Assembly: GCA_943356485.1 (NCBI GenBank)
Contig: CALRFD010000002.1
Span: forward strand, 37,032-101,031
Reading direction: 5' to 3'
DNA length: 64,000 nucleotides
Source: Patescibacteria group bacterium
GTDB taxonomy: Bacteria; Patescibacteriota; Microgenomatia; Daviesbacterales; UBA10151
Shown here: positions 1-8,921 of the stretch, one piece after another
Position numbering within the stretch: the stretch's first letter is position 1
Layout: each line of letters starts with the position of its first letter
Program-made: the position numbers and the translations under genes
Notes under the pieces: model-generated
What the model was told of the DNA's origin: nothing
Database searches by the model: none
The model's input: only the letters and a program-made list of their open reading frames with translations

Positions 1-195
1 CAGGAAATTGTACAGGAAAAGTTTAAGGAATCACCATACTATAAAATAATAAACACAAAAGGACCTGATCATGACAAAGAATTTACAGTAGGGGTATATA
101 TAAATGGCAAAGAATATGGAACAGGATCAGGATCAAGCAAGCAAGAGGCAGAAGAACATTCAGCAAAAGAAGCGTTACAAAAAATAGTTTCCTAA
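1..195 (+). CDS. rnc: Ribonuclease III, C-terminal fragment with the dsRNA-binding domain (5' end lies outside the window)
   Basis: Frame 1 reads QEIVQEKFKESPYYKIINTKGPDHDKEFTVGVYINGKEYGTGSGSSKQEAEEHSAKEALQKIVS and stops at TAA 193-195. The GPDH..F.V.V.I.G...G.G.G.SK.EAE..AA..AL pattern is typical of the RNase III dsRBD. Confidence 0.75.
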   Translation, partial: QEIVQEKFKESPYYKIINTKGPDHDKEFTVGVYINGKEYGTGSGSSKQEAEEHSAKEALQKIVS

Positions 196-249
196 GCAAT
201 TCTGATTTAATTTGACTTTACCTTCTATCTCTGATAAACTATAGGGCGA

Positions 250-814
250 TTATTTTTATGAACGAATCTCAACCATTAAATATAGACCCATTAGCTCAAA
301 GAGAACAGGGGCTTAAAGAGCGTATCGGAAAAAAAGAAGCTCTGATTGAAAAAATCCAATCTCAAGGTGGACTTACACCTGCAACTGTTGCTGAAAGAAT
401 TAGACATCAAAGAGAGCTTCTCGTTGCCAGCTATATCAAAGGGACACTGGAGTTAGAACTGCAACCAAGACTTACAGAAATAACTACTCAGTTGGATTCA
501 GCTGCAAAAAAACTGGCTGAAAGCTATGAAGAAGAAAAAGCTCAGGCTGCCTTAGAGTTTGCAAAACTGGAAAGAACTGCCAAAAATACCAGCAGACGTA
601 CTCAAATTCCATATGAAGACTTAGTTGCTGAAGCCAGACAAGAGATTACACAACTGGAAGAAAGACCGCTCACAGACTCTTTACTGCAAAGAGGTATTAA
701 TTTGTTGAAAAAAGAACCAGAAGTATCCCAATCTGCTCCTGAAGAAGCTTCAAGGGAAGAAGTAAAAAAAGCAGAAGAGCCTGAAGAGGAAGAGAAACAG
801 AGGAGAGATGAAGA
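250..814 (+). repeat. Copy 1 of a 565-bp near-identical direct repeat (5' UTR, start codon and first ~185 codons)
   Basis: 250-814 matches 2180-2744 with a handful of mismatches (e.g. gaagtatccc vs gaaacatccc; aaaaaaagcag vs aaagaaagtag). Identity ends abruptly after ...gaaacagagg. Confidence 0.9.
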
Positions 815-2165
815 CAAAGCTGAGGATACAAGAAAAGTAACTTACGATAGAAAAACATATACAGTTACTTTACCTGATGGAATAGAAGTAAAAATCAATG
901 GCTCAATTCGGACTGCGATGGTTAATGCATTAATACAGGCATTTAAGGAAGAGCGGCTGCTTTCAACTAACGAATTAGCAGCTTTTATATATGGGAGTGA
1001 TGATGAAAACAGTATAAAAAAGATGCAAGTATTATTTACAAACGTACGTGCTATATTTGAAGAAAATAACTGGAGAGTAAATCAATTAACTACCCTCTCT
1101 GAACTCAGACAAGGTATACCTGCTCTCTATCTTTTAGAAAAGATTCAGGCTTCTAAGGACAATGAAGAGGATATACTTGAACCTACTCCGGAAACATTCA
1201 CTCGGGATGAGGCAATAATATTAGCTCGTCTGATTCTTAACTTTGATGGAACTAATATTGTTTATAAAGATGAGACGATTCTTACTGCAAAAATTGACCC
1301 TTCAATTTTAGAGATTGCAAGAATAGTAAGAGGTTTGCCCGGTGATGAAAATTACGTAGGATTAAATGACAGGGAAAAATTGGGAATAAGATCACAGGCT
1401 CTGGACAAATTAGGCAGAATATTGTCTGATAACGGATTGTTAAATGAGACTTTTAACTCTCAGACTGAAAGAATCCAAATACTACTGCTCTGGTTATTTA
1501 CAGAAAATCAGGACAGATACGGAGGTCTGCTAACCCAAATCCTAAGATCACAGGGGGACATAGTCAGTAATATAAATACAAAGAATCTGCAAGTAAGAGG
1601 TGTCCAAAGGAATATTCAAATTTCCCAAGAAAATGCAGCTTTATTAAGAGGACTGCAACAAAAGGCAAAAATAACAACTGCAACTGATTCTGACATTGAA
1701 ACCAAAGTAAGAGAAGAGGAAACGACTGAGGATATCGAAGAAATTGATGATACGGCCGATCCAATTACACAATCAAACAAGCCTTCAGATCCGGCCATAC
1801 AACCAACAGAAACAACCTCACTAGATCAATCAGAAGATGAATCAGAACAAAAATTAGGAATAAAGGATTTTACAACTGAAAATTCTAGGGTTATAGTAGA
1901 AATAAATAGGTTAGAGGCTCTCCTTCAGCAAGCTAGAATGCCGGACTCAGCTACAGGATATGCGTTACGTAATCTTGGTATTAGCCCAACATTTCTGCAA
2001 AAAGCAAAAGAAGAAGGCTACATTTCTTCTGTATCCTCTCTTAACAGAGTGGATATGGTCTTACTACTTATGAAAAAGTATCACGATTTGCGTAACTTAA
2101 CACCCCAAAGCGTAACTTGGTTAAAAAGAACTATCAATGAAACCCTGGCCAAAAGGGGACAATAA
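258..2165 (+). CDS. Hypothetical protein, paralog A, 635 aa: charged coiled-coil N-terminal module (about 185 aa) followed by an OmpR/PhoB-like winged-helix-like segment
   Basis: Long ORF whose N-terminal ~185 aa are nearly identical to the next gene. The segment NALIQAFKEERLLSTNELAAFIYGSDDENSIKKMQVLFTNVRAIFEE resembles the trans_reg_C wHTH pattern (..LL.L......S.E.L...VWG.D.......V.V.I.RLRKKL). No other recognisable family. Confidence 0.6.
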   Translation: MNESQPLNIDPLAQREQGLKERIGKKEALIEKIQSQGGLTPATVAERIRHQRELLVASYIKGTLELELQPRLTEITTQLDSAAKKLAESYEEEKAQAALEFAKLERTAKNTSRRTQIPYEDLVAEARQEITQLEERPLTDSLLQRGINLLKKEPEVSQSAPEEASREEVKKAEEPEEEEKQRRDEDKAEDTRKVTYDRKTYTVTLPDGIEVKINGSIRTAMVNALIQAFKEERLLSTNELAAFIYGSDDENSIKKMQVLFTNVRAIFEENNWRVNQLTTLSELRQGIPALYLLEKIQASKDNEEDILEPTPETFTRDEAIILARLILNFDGTNIVYKDETILTAKIDPSILEIARIVRGLPGDENYVGLNDREKLGIRSQALDKLGRILSDNGLLNETFNSQTERIQILLLWLFTENQDRYGGLLTQILRSQGDIVSNINTKNLQVRGVQRNIQISQENAALLRGLQQKAKITTATDSDIETKVREEETTEDIEEIDDTADPITQSNKPSDPAIQPTETTSLDQSEDESEQKLGIKDFTTENSRVIVEINRLEALLQQARMPDSATGYALRNLGISPTFLQKAKEEGYISSVSSLNRVDMVLLLMKKYHDLRNLTPQSVTWLKRTINETLAKRGQ

Positions 2166-2179
2166 AACCAACTCAAAAA

Positions 2180-2744
2180 TTATTTTTATGAACGAATCTC
2201 AACCATTAAATATAGACCCATTAGCTCAAAGAGAACAGGGGCTTAAAGAGCGTATCGGAAAAAAAGAAGCTCTGATTGAAAAAATCCAATCTCAAGGTGG
2301 ACTTACACCTGCAACTGTTGCTGAAAGAATTAGACATCAAAGAGAGCTTCTCGTTGCCAGCTATATCAAAGGGACACTGGAGTTAGAACTGCAACCAAGA
2401 CTTACAGAAATAACTACTCAGTTGGATTCAGCTGCAAAAAAACTGGCTGAAAGCTATGAAGAAGAAAAAGCTCAGGCTGCCTTAGAGTTTGCAAAACTGG
2501 AAAGAACTGCCAAAAATACCAGCAGACGTACTCAAATTCCATATGAAGACTTAGTTGCTGAAGCCAGACAAGAGATTACACAACTGGAAGAAAGACCGCT
2601 CACAGACTCTTTACTGCAAAGAGGTATTAATTTGTTGAAAAAAGAACCAGAAACATCCCAATCTGCTCCTGAAGAAGCTTCAAGGGAAGAAGTAAAGAAA
2701 GTAGAAGAGCCTGAAGAGGAAGAGAAACAGAGGGCAGATGGTGA
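2180..2744 (+). repeat. Copy 2 of the 565-bp direct repeat
   Basis: See copy 1. The offset between copies is 1930 bp. Confidence 0.9.
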
Positions 2745-4032
2745 TAAATCTAAAACTCCGGTTCCAGGTAAAAAGGAACTATCAAATAAGAAAGTATATA
2801 TAATTATTTTACCTGATGGCAGAAGAATTGAGACTAATTTCAAAAACGCGGCAAACCTCATTGCGGCAAACCTGTTAAGACCTTTAACTTCAAACGAACA
2901 ACTAACCGCTGTTTATGGAACGCTTGAGGAAATTAAATTTCCAAACCAGTTAGTAGGCAAAATTAGAAAAGAAGCTCAGGACATTCTTGAACAAAATGGT
3001 ATGAAAATGATTCAGCCAAACCCTTCAGATTCCCATCATGGCATTCAAAGACCCTTTGTAATTGTAAGCCAGGATTTTCAAATACCAAATATCTCAGTCA
3101 ACCTTGATAATAACCAGATTAGGCTTGATGGTAAAATACTAAATTTTGAAGCAAATAATACCAGGAGCTCTGCCAAAGCTTTACTTATTCATCTGGCAAG
3201 AAATGCAGCTTTTGCCATTTCAACTGAAGATCTTCTTAAAGTTGCAAAAGAAAATGGTTTTAGCGGAGACAAGACAGCTAAATTAATAAGCTCATTAAGA
3301 AGGCTCTTGGGCGATAACTTAAACCAACCTCAGATCATTTCAATCTATGGCAACAGAAACAGCTACAGTTATGGCTTAAACGCCAGGGTAGCAGTAACTG
3401 AAAAAGTAAACCCTAAACAAGAAATCACACATAAAGATACTGAAGGCTTAGACGAGCCAAAAGTTGTACGGACTATAAAACAAGGTCTGTTTCTAAATCA
3501 GCCTACAAATCCTGACCGGGTTAGAGCCCTAATAGCAATGCTTATGGAACCAAACATAGCAAAAACCGAAATCATAAAACTTATCGGAACTAATAAAGAG
3601 GGGCGGCCAATAGCTAATCTTGCCCGAGTCAGAAGAAGCCTTCTATCAGTAGCTACTTTGCTTGCTTCCAAAAATTACTCTGATACTTATTCACCAATAG
3701 CAACACCAGAAGAAAAACAGATCTGGAATAGTATAAAAGAGATAGTAAATATTGCAAGCGATAGAGAAGCAAGAAGGGAACTGGCTAAGAGGATAGACGA
3801 ATGGTTTAAGGATCAAAAGGGAGAAGCCCACCCAGCTAATGCTGAAACATATGTTCTCTTAGAAGAACAGTTTAAAAAACTAACCCAAGCAAGACTTAGT
3901 GCTGCAGGACTTGTTAGAGACGGCTTCCTTCAAGAATCCGATCTATTCGAAATTGATAAAGAGTTACTTTCAGTGGAAAAAAAGTTAGCAGAACAAGATT
4001 TTAAACGTGGTCTGATAAATCCGACAAACTAA
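2188..4032 (+). CDS. Hypothetical protein, paralog B, 614 aa: same N-terminal module as paralog A with a different C-terminal body containing a wHTH-like segment
   Basis: The ORF track starts at 2137, but the duplicated start context ttatttttATGaacgaatct puts the homologous ATG at 2188. The segment SSAKALLIHLARNAAFAISTEDLLKVAKENGFSGDKTAKLISSLRRLLGD follows the trans_reg_C pattern. Confidence 0.6.
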   Translation: MNESQPLNIDPLAQREQGLKERIGKKEALIEKIQSQGGLTPATVAERIRHQRELLVASYIKGTLELELQPRLTEITTQLDSAAKKLAESYEEEKAQAALEFAKLERTAKNTSRRTQIPYEDLVAEARQEITQLEERPLTDSLLQRGINLLKKEPETSQSAPEEASREEVKKVEEPEEEEKQRADGDKSKTPVPGKKELSNKKVYIIILPDGRRIETNFKNAANLIAANLLRPLTSNEQLTAVYGTLEEIKFPNQLVGKIRKEAQDILEQNGMKMIQPNPSDSHHGIQRPFVIVSQDFQIPNISVNLDNNQIRLDGKILNFEANNTRSSAKALLIHLARNAAFAISTEDLLKVAKENGFSGDKTAKLISSLRRLLGDNLNQPQIISIYGNRNSYSYGLNARVAVTEKVNPKQEITHKDTEGLDEPKVVRTIKQGLFLNQPTNPDRVRALIAMLMEPNIAKTEIIKLIGTNKEGRPIANLARVRRSLLSVATLLASKNYSDTYSPIATPEEKQIWNSIKEIVNIASDREARRELAKRIDEWFKDQKGEAHPANAETYVLLEEQFKKLTQARLSAAGLVRDGFLQESDLFEIDKELLSVEKKLAEQDFKRGLINPTN

Positions 4033-4043
4033 ATAAACTTCAT

Positions 4044-5057
4044 ATGACAGTTGAAGCACCAATACAGCAGCTTGAAAGACAAAAAGCTTTAATACAGGGG
4101 AAAATTTCTTCATTGCAGGAAGTTAGTTCTAATATAACAAACCCTGAATGGATGCACCAAAAAATCCTTAAAGGATCTTCTAGTGCATATAAGTTAAGAA
4201 TTGACTTAGAACAAAGAAGAGAAAATCCTGTACAGTGGGCAGAAAACCTAGTACGCGCAGGAACCATCAAAAGAAACTTAAGTACTGTTAAACCCCGCTA
4301 CCAAATGAGATTAGATGAAATCAATTCCCAGTTGAATTTCGAACAATCTCCTGCAGGAATATTTATCCAAACATTCCCTATCGAAAGTCAACCCTTAATA
4401 AAAGACTTTTTAAAATCTGATGGTGGACAAAATATCATTGATATTATCAGGCAAACACCCAAAGTAAACCGCAATTTACCCGATTTTAGTCGTGCCGTTG
4501 CCGGATCTATTTTTGAACAATTAGCATATATCCATGTTAAACCAGAATATAATCGGGGAAATTTTATATTATTATCTCCTGCAGAAGTTTTCAATCTATA
4601 CAGACAGATGCTGCCAGAAAGAGCTGTTTTTGAAGGGTATGGACTGACATTAGGTCTCGTTAATACGACTATACCTGATGGTATACTAATTGAAGCTATA
4701 GGAAGCTTAATGGTTATAAGAAAATTATTTGAGTATAAATCCTGGGTTAAGAAACTAGGTATAAGACAAATGCTTCAATCCGTCGAACTTAGCTCAGTAG
4801 ATAGATTATCATATCACTTAACAGGAAGGGATCGCTTCACATATGAAATAAGACCTGAGATTGGTCCTATTCTACATTCAATTCGACCTGATATTCCTGC
4901 TGATGCAACCTTAACAATAGATCAAAATCTTGAGCTAATCTATGTAGCTCCCCAAAACTCTAATGTTCAAATTTCAAATATAGAAACAATCAAAATTCCT
5001 ATTGACTCCCATGACCTTTTTAAATTAATTAGGAATCTAACAAATGCTAGCCATTGA
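4044..5057 (+). CDS. Hypothetical protein, 337 aa, third gene of the cluster
   Basis: ORF begins 12 nt after paralog B. Contains TIPDGILIEAIGS, which echoes TLPDGIEVKINGS in paralog A and ILPDGRRIETNFK in paralog B. No other recognisable motif. Confidence 0.5.
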   Translation: MTVEAPIQQLERQKALIQGKISSLQEVSSNITNPEWMHQKILKGSSSAYKLRIDLEQRRENPVQWAENLVRAGTIKRNLSTVKPRYQMRLDEINSQLNFEQSPAGIFIQTFPIESQPLIKDFLKSDGGQNIIDIIRQTPKVNRNLPDFSRAVAGSIFEQLAYIHVKPEYNRGNFILLSPAEVFNLYRQMLPERAVFEGYGLTLGLVNTTIPDGILIEAIGSLMVIRKLFEYKSWVKKLGIRQMLQSVELSSVDRLSYHLTGRDRFTYEIRPEIGPILHSIRPDIPADATLTIDQNLELIYVAPQNSNVQISNIETIKIPIDSHDLFKLIRNLTNASH

Positions 5058-5081
5058 TATTACGCATACTAATTTGTTAGA

Positions 5082-5546
5082 ATGACCACTATGCTAAAAA
5101 TAAGACTAATGCGAATCGGTGGAAGACAAAGACCTTTTTATAGGGTGGTTGCTGTTGATGAGAGGGCAAAAAGAACTGGTGGATATATTGAGCTTTTAGG
5201 AACCTATAATCCCTTAAGCGAACCTAAGGAAATTAAGCTCAAACAGGATCGAATCGATCATTGGGTTAAACAAGGCGCACAACTATCAGATGGATTTTTA
5301 AGAATTATCGGTAAAGCCAAACAGAGACTGCCAAGAAAACCTAAGAAGGAGAAGAAAACAGAAGGAAAGCCAGCAGGAGAACCTGCTCCGGTTGCGGAAG
5401 AGCCATCAAAAGCACCTGCAATTGAGGCAGCTCCTGTAGAAGAAACAATACCACCTACCAAAGATGAAAATCAAGCCCAGATTACCACAGAATCCCCGAA
5501 AGAGGATGCTGGAGAAAGCGAGACAAAAGATGAAGGATCTGCTTAA
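5082..5546 (+). CDS. rpsP: 30S ribosomal protein S16 with a roughly 70-aa Lys/Glu/Pro/Ala-rich C-terminal extension
   Basis: MLKIRLMRIGGRQRPFYRVVAVDERAKRTGGYIELLGTYNP matches the S16 N-terminus (MVKIRLAR.G.KKRPFYRIVV.D.R..RDGR.IE). The start may be the ATG at 5091 rather than 5082. The tail is low-complexity (PRKPKKEKKTEGKPAGEPAPVAEEPSKAPAIEAAP...). Confidence 0.85.
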   Translation: MTTMLKIRLMRIGGRQRPFYRVVAVDERAKRTGGYIELLGTYNPLSEPKEIKLKQDRIDHWVKQGAQLSDGFLRIIGKAKQRLPRKPKKEKKTEGKPAGEPAPVAEEPSKAPAIEAAPVEETIPPTKDENQAQITTESPKEDAGESETKDEGSA

Positions 5547-5793
5547 CTATATTGTTACAAGTTTAGTTACAAAACCTGATTCAGTTGTGATTGATGAGAA
5601 GTCGCACGATGGAGACGTTGATTTAGTCCTAACTGTTGACCCTATAGATATGGGAATAATCATTGGTAAAGGTGGACAGACAATAAGATCAATTAGAAAG
5701 CTCTTAACTGTTAGGGCTATCGCTGAAAACGTCAGGGTTAATATGCAACTAAGTGAGCCTGAAGGTAGTGACAAGAGTCAAGAATCCCGCTAG
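5530..5793 (+). CDS. khpA: KH-domain RNA-binding protein (KhpA/YlqC family), 88 aa
   Basis: MKDLLNYIVTSLVTKPDSVVIDEKSHDGDVDLVLTVDPIDMGIIIGKGGQTIRSIRKLL contains the KH IIGKGG.TI motif. Lies in the classic rpsP-KH-(rimM)-trmD context. The ORF track begins at 5464 inside rpsP, but the internal ATG at 5530 overlaps the rpsP stop by only 17 nt. Confidence 0.65.
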   Translation: MKDLLNYIVTSLVTKPDSVVIDEKSHDGDVDLVLTVDPIDMGIIIGKGGQTIRSIRKLLTVRAIAENVRVNMQLSEPEGSDKSQESR

Positions 5794-5808
5794 AGGCGAC
5801 TAGCCGCT

Positions 5809-6519
5809 ATGAGAATATCAATCATCACCTTATTTCCAGAAGTTTTTGAACCAATTTTAAATTCTAGTATTTTAAAAGCCGCTCAGTTAAAGAATAAAGT
5901 TTCAATAGAGCTCATTAATTTAAGAGACTTTGGAGAAGGTGTTCATAAAGTTGTTGATGGACGCGTATATGGCGGGGGAGTAGGAATGCTGTTACGAGCA
6001 GACATTTTAGCAAAAGCATTAAAAAGTATCAAATTTTCTCGATCGAAAAAAAATGAAATAATTTTGACTTCAGCTTCCGGCAAACCGTATAAACAGGCAA
6101 AAGCTCAAGAACTATCAAAACAGGATCATTTAGTTATCATCTGCGGCCATTATGAAGGTATTGATCAAAGATTTATTGATGCTTTTGTAAAGGAAGAGAT
6201 ATCTATTGGAGATTATGTTTTAACAGGGGGAGAGATACCTGCTATGGCTATTGTTGACTCTATCATAAGACTAATTCCCGGAGTATTAAAAGAAGAAGCA
6301 ACAAAAGAGGAGTCTTTCTCACCATATACAATAGAAAATAAACCATACACCTTATTAGAACATCCCCATTATACAAGACCGGAAATCTGGAACAACATGA
6401 AAGTTCCGGAAGTATTGCTTTCCGGCAACCACAAGGAAATTGCTAAATGGAGAATGGGAAAATCCCTGGAAAAAACAAAGAAGATACGGCCTGATTTACT
6501 TAAAGTATCAAAGGGCTAG
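5809..6519 (+). CDS. trmD: tRNA (guanine37-N1)-methyltransferase
   Basis: MRISIITLFPEVFEP..., GGGVGMLLRAD, VIICGHYEGIDQRF, DYVLTGGEIPAMAIVDSIIRLIPGVL and EHPHYTRP together form the TrmD SPOUT signature. Confidence 0.9.
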   Translation: MRISIITLFPEVFEPILNSSILKAAQLKNKVSIELINLRDFGEGVHKVVDGRVYGGGVGMLLRADILAKALKSIKFSRSKKNEIILTSASGKPYKQAKAQELSKQDHLVIICGHYEGIDQRFIDAFVKEEISIGDYVLTGGEIPAMAIVDSIIRLIPGVLKEEATKEESFSPYTIENKPYTLLEHPHYTRPEIWNNMKVPEVLLSGNHKEIAKWRMGKSLEKTKKIRPDLLKVSKG

Positions 6520-6527
6520 AATAAGCT

Positions 6528-7241
6528 TTATTCAAAAGGATTCGACTTGCCCAAGGGAACAGCTGATGTGTTAACTGAAGAAGGCTGAGCAGAAACAAAG
6601 TCAGTAGCCGGAGCAACACTCACAAGCTTTGCGACTAAATCTTCCTCTTTCTGGGACAGAACCGGTAAAGGAGAATCCACACTGCCAACAGTACTCGGAA
6701 CAGAAGAATATAATGCCTCTATTCCCATACTGACATCCGCTGACTCCGTATCCTTATTAGAAACCTCAACACTACTTACTCTAAGTATCCTGTTTGCATT
6801 TTCTATATTATTCAATAACACAGGAACCAAAAATTTCGGACCTATTACTTCCATTTTCAAAGCGTAACTTTGTGCATTCTTAGCAGATACATTACCTAAA
6901 TTAAGTGTAACAATACTAAATCCGAGTTGATTTGAGATGTTTTGCAGCAAACTTATAGAAGAACCAAAATCCTTATCCTGAGGGTATATATTTAATACTG
7001 AATTTACTTTCTTTGATAAATCGTTTTGATCAAAGTTTTCTAGAACTTGAGCTTTAGCCTCTAATAATTTAGATTTGTTAAATAAATCTCCTTCAATCTT
7101 TTGGTTACCGATAAGCTTGAATGTTTGCGGCAAAATAACAAAAATTATCAGGATTAAACTCGACAAGGCTACGATACCAGGAAAAATATAGAGCCTGTGG
7201 CTTAAATAAAATTTAATCAGATTTTCTTTTTTTATCTCCAT
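6528..7241 (-). CDS. pilO: Type IV pilus assembly protein PilO-like
   Basis: Single N-terminal TM segment with a coiled-coil and periplasmic-type domain. Sits immediately after pilM-pilN in the same orientation. Confidence 0.55.
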   Translation of the reverse strand: MEIKKENLIKFYLSHRLYIFPGIVALSSLILIIFVILPQTFKLIGNQKIEGDLFNKSKLLEAKAQVLENFDQNDLSKKVNSVLNIYPQDKDFGSSISLLQNISNQLGFSIVTLNLGNVSAKNAQSYALKMEVIGPKFLVPVLLNNIENANRILRVSSVEVSNKDTESADVSMGIEALYSSVPSTVGSVDSPLPVLSQKEEDLVAKLVSVAPATDFVSAQPSSVNTSAVPLGKSNPFE

Positions 7242-7253
7242 ATTAATTGATTT

Positions 7254-7799
7254 CTAATTAACCTGAACCTTTAGGCTCAACCTATAGATTCCATCTCTAC
7301 CTCGATTCAGGCTATCCACAGAAACTCCGGCTATTTTCCCTTCATTAATGTCCTTACTGGTTAAACTATTGATTAAATTATCAAGAGAGGTAGAGTCTTG
7401 AGCAATACCTGTTAAAGCTACTCCTCCTGAGGGCTCAATCGAAAATGAGGTAACTGTAATAGCAGGAGGTATTAACTTGTCAATAAGTTTGTATATGGAA
7501 ACCTGTTTGGAAGAAACTCCAAGATATTTATCAATTATTGTTAATCTATTCTTCAGAACCGTTAATGAGACCTCTTTTCTTTTTAGATTTGAAACCTTTT
7601 GCTCTGACTCATCCAGCAAAACCTTTGCCCGATCTATGTTATGACTTTGCAGGATTCTAAGCGCAATCATAAGGGAGGCTAAAAAAACCATAGTGAGTAT
7701 AACTACTATACCTATCGCTTGCACCTTATAAAAATTAGCTTTTTTTGCCTCTGTTGTTATAAATTCAACAGGTAGTAAATTTATGGAAATTTTAGCCAT
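7254..7799 (-). CDS. pilN: Type IV pilus assembly protein PilN
   Basis: MAKISINLLPVE... N-terminus, then a TM segment, then a coiled coil. Position follows pilM. Confidence 0.65.
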   Translation of the reverse strand: MAKISINLLPVEFITTEAKKANFYKVQAIGIVVILTMVFLASLMIALRILQSHNIDRAKVLLDESEQKVSNLKRKEVSLTVLKNRLTIIDKYLGVSSKQVSIYKLIDKLIPPAITVTSFSIEPSGGVALTGIAQDSTSLDNLINSLTSKDINEGKIAGVSVDSLNRGRDGIYRLSLKVQVN

Positions 7800-7806
7800 A
7801 TGATAT

Positions 7807-8844
7807 TTAATCCTCTCTTAATGCCAAACCTACCGCAACAGAGTAGGAAGGTGCGTCTTGCGCCAGTTTTGATACTGAGGCTTTGTCTTTAGCAATTGCA
7901 TACCAGGGATCTGCTTCTTGAACCTCCAGACCTAAGGCGTTTGCAAGGTAGATAACAAAACCAGGCATTTTCGCACCACCTCCAGATAAAACTACTCTTT
8001 TTATTGGATCCTGAGGATACTTTGCTTCAAAGGATTGGATTACCCTTCTCCCTTCACCGGCGATTATATCTATAATAGGTTTTAAAGCCTCAAAGACCTT
8101 GCCTTCCAATTGATCCTCCAGTAAACCATAGACTTTCTTATATTCCTCTGCCTGAGTTAATTCGAAATTAAAATGTTGGGCAAGCGAGCGGGTTAGGGCA
8201 ATACCACCTGTTGAGATTGATCTGGTAAGCCAAATAAGACCTTTTGATACTGTAGCAAAATCGGTTGTTGTTGCTCCCAGTTGAACTATTAAGCTACTAG
8301 GCGAAAAGGGATTATTTCCAACTAGTGATCTAGTAACTGCTATTATTTCTGTCTCTAATATTTTTGGGTGCAGATTCGCCATATTTAATACTTTGATGTA
8401 TTTTTCTACAGCATTTTTTGGTGAAGCAACCACCAATACGATAGTCCTTGTATTTTTATTTTTTCCATCCGCCCGAAAAAGAACCTGCCAGTTAAGATTA
8501 ACTTCCGCAATAGGCATCGGGATAAATTCCTCAGCCGCATAGCGGATAGCCTGAGCCAGTTCATTATCTGTCAGATATGGTAAATCATCAATAACTCTTG
8601 TAAAAACTTTTGATTCAGGCAAAGCTATATTTATCTCTTTTTGCTCAATATGGGTTGCCTCAAATAATTTCTTAATAGAAGTTGAAACAGCCTGCAAACC
8701 TATTTCCGAATCAGAAAGCATACCAGGTTGAGGACAGGGAATTGATCCCAGTGATACAAGTCGTGTTTGATCACCTTCTTTTGCTAAAGAAACAACCTTT
8801 ATTGAGGAAAAACCAATATCTAAACCTACAGAAATCTTTGCCAT
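7807..8844 (-). CDS. pilM: Type IV pilus assembly ATPase-fold protein PilM
   Basis: MAKISVGLDIGFSSIKVV actin-like N-terminus, typical of PilM/FtsA-fold proteins. 345 aa. Confidence 0.8.
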   Translation of the reverse strand: MAKISVGLDIGFSSIKVVSLAKEGDQTRLVSLGSIPCPQPGMLSDSEIGLQAVSTSIKKLFEATHIEQKEINIALPESKVFTRVIDDLPYLTDNELAQAIRYAAEEFIPMPIAEVNLNWQVLFRADGKNKNTRTIVLVVASPKNAVEKYIKVLNMANLHPKILETEIIAVTRSLVGNNPFSPSSLIVQLGATTTDFATVSKGLIWLTRSISTGGIALTRSLAQHFNFELTQAEEYKKVYGLLEDQLEGKVFEALKPIIDIIAGEGRRVIQSFEAKYPQDPIKRVVLSGGGAKMPGFVIYLANALGLEVQEADPWYAIAKDKASVSKLAQDAPSYSVAVGLALRED

Positions 8845-8921
8845 ATGAGTAGTGGCTAGTCACTAGAGTCAAGAAACTAGGTAATAAAAGTGTACAATAA
8901 CCAGACTTCAAATTCTAGTCT

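Noticed and set aside
602-817. Antisense ORFs of 60-109 aa inside the paralog genes (602-817, 1564-1798, 2532-2861)
   Set aside because: They lie opposite strongly coding regions and are Ser/Cys-rich, typical shadow ORFs. The pair 602-817 and 2532-2861 are similar only because they lie in the duplicated segment.
2137-2187. 5' extension of paralog B giving a 631-aa ORF that overlaps the stop of paralog A
   Set aside because: The duplicated region reproduces the same 5' UTR and ATG context, so the homologous start is 2188. The extension is read-through of the duplicated UTR.
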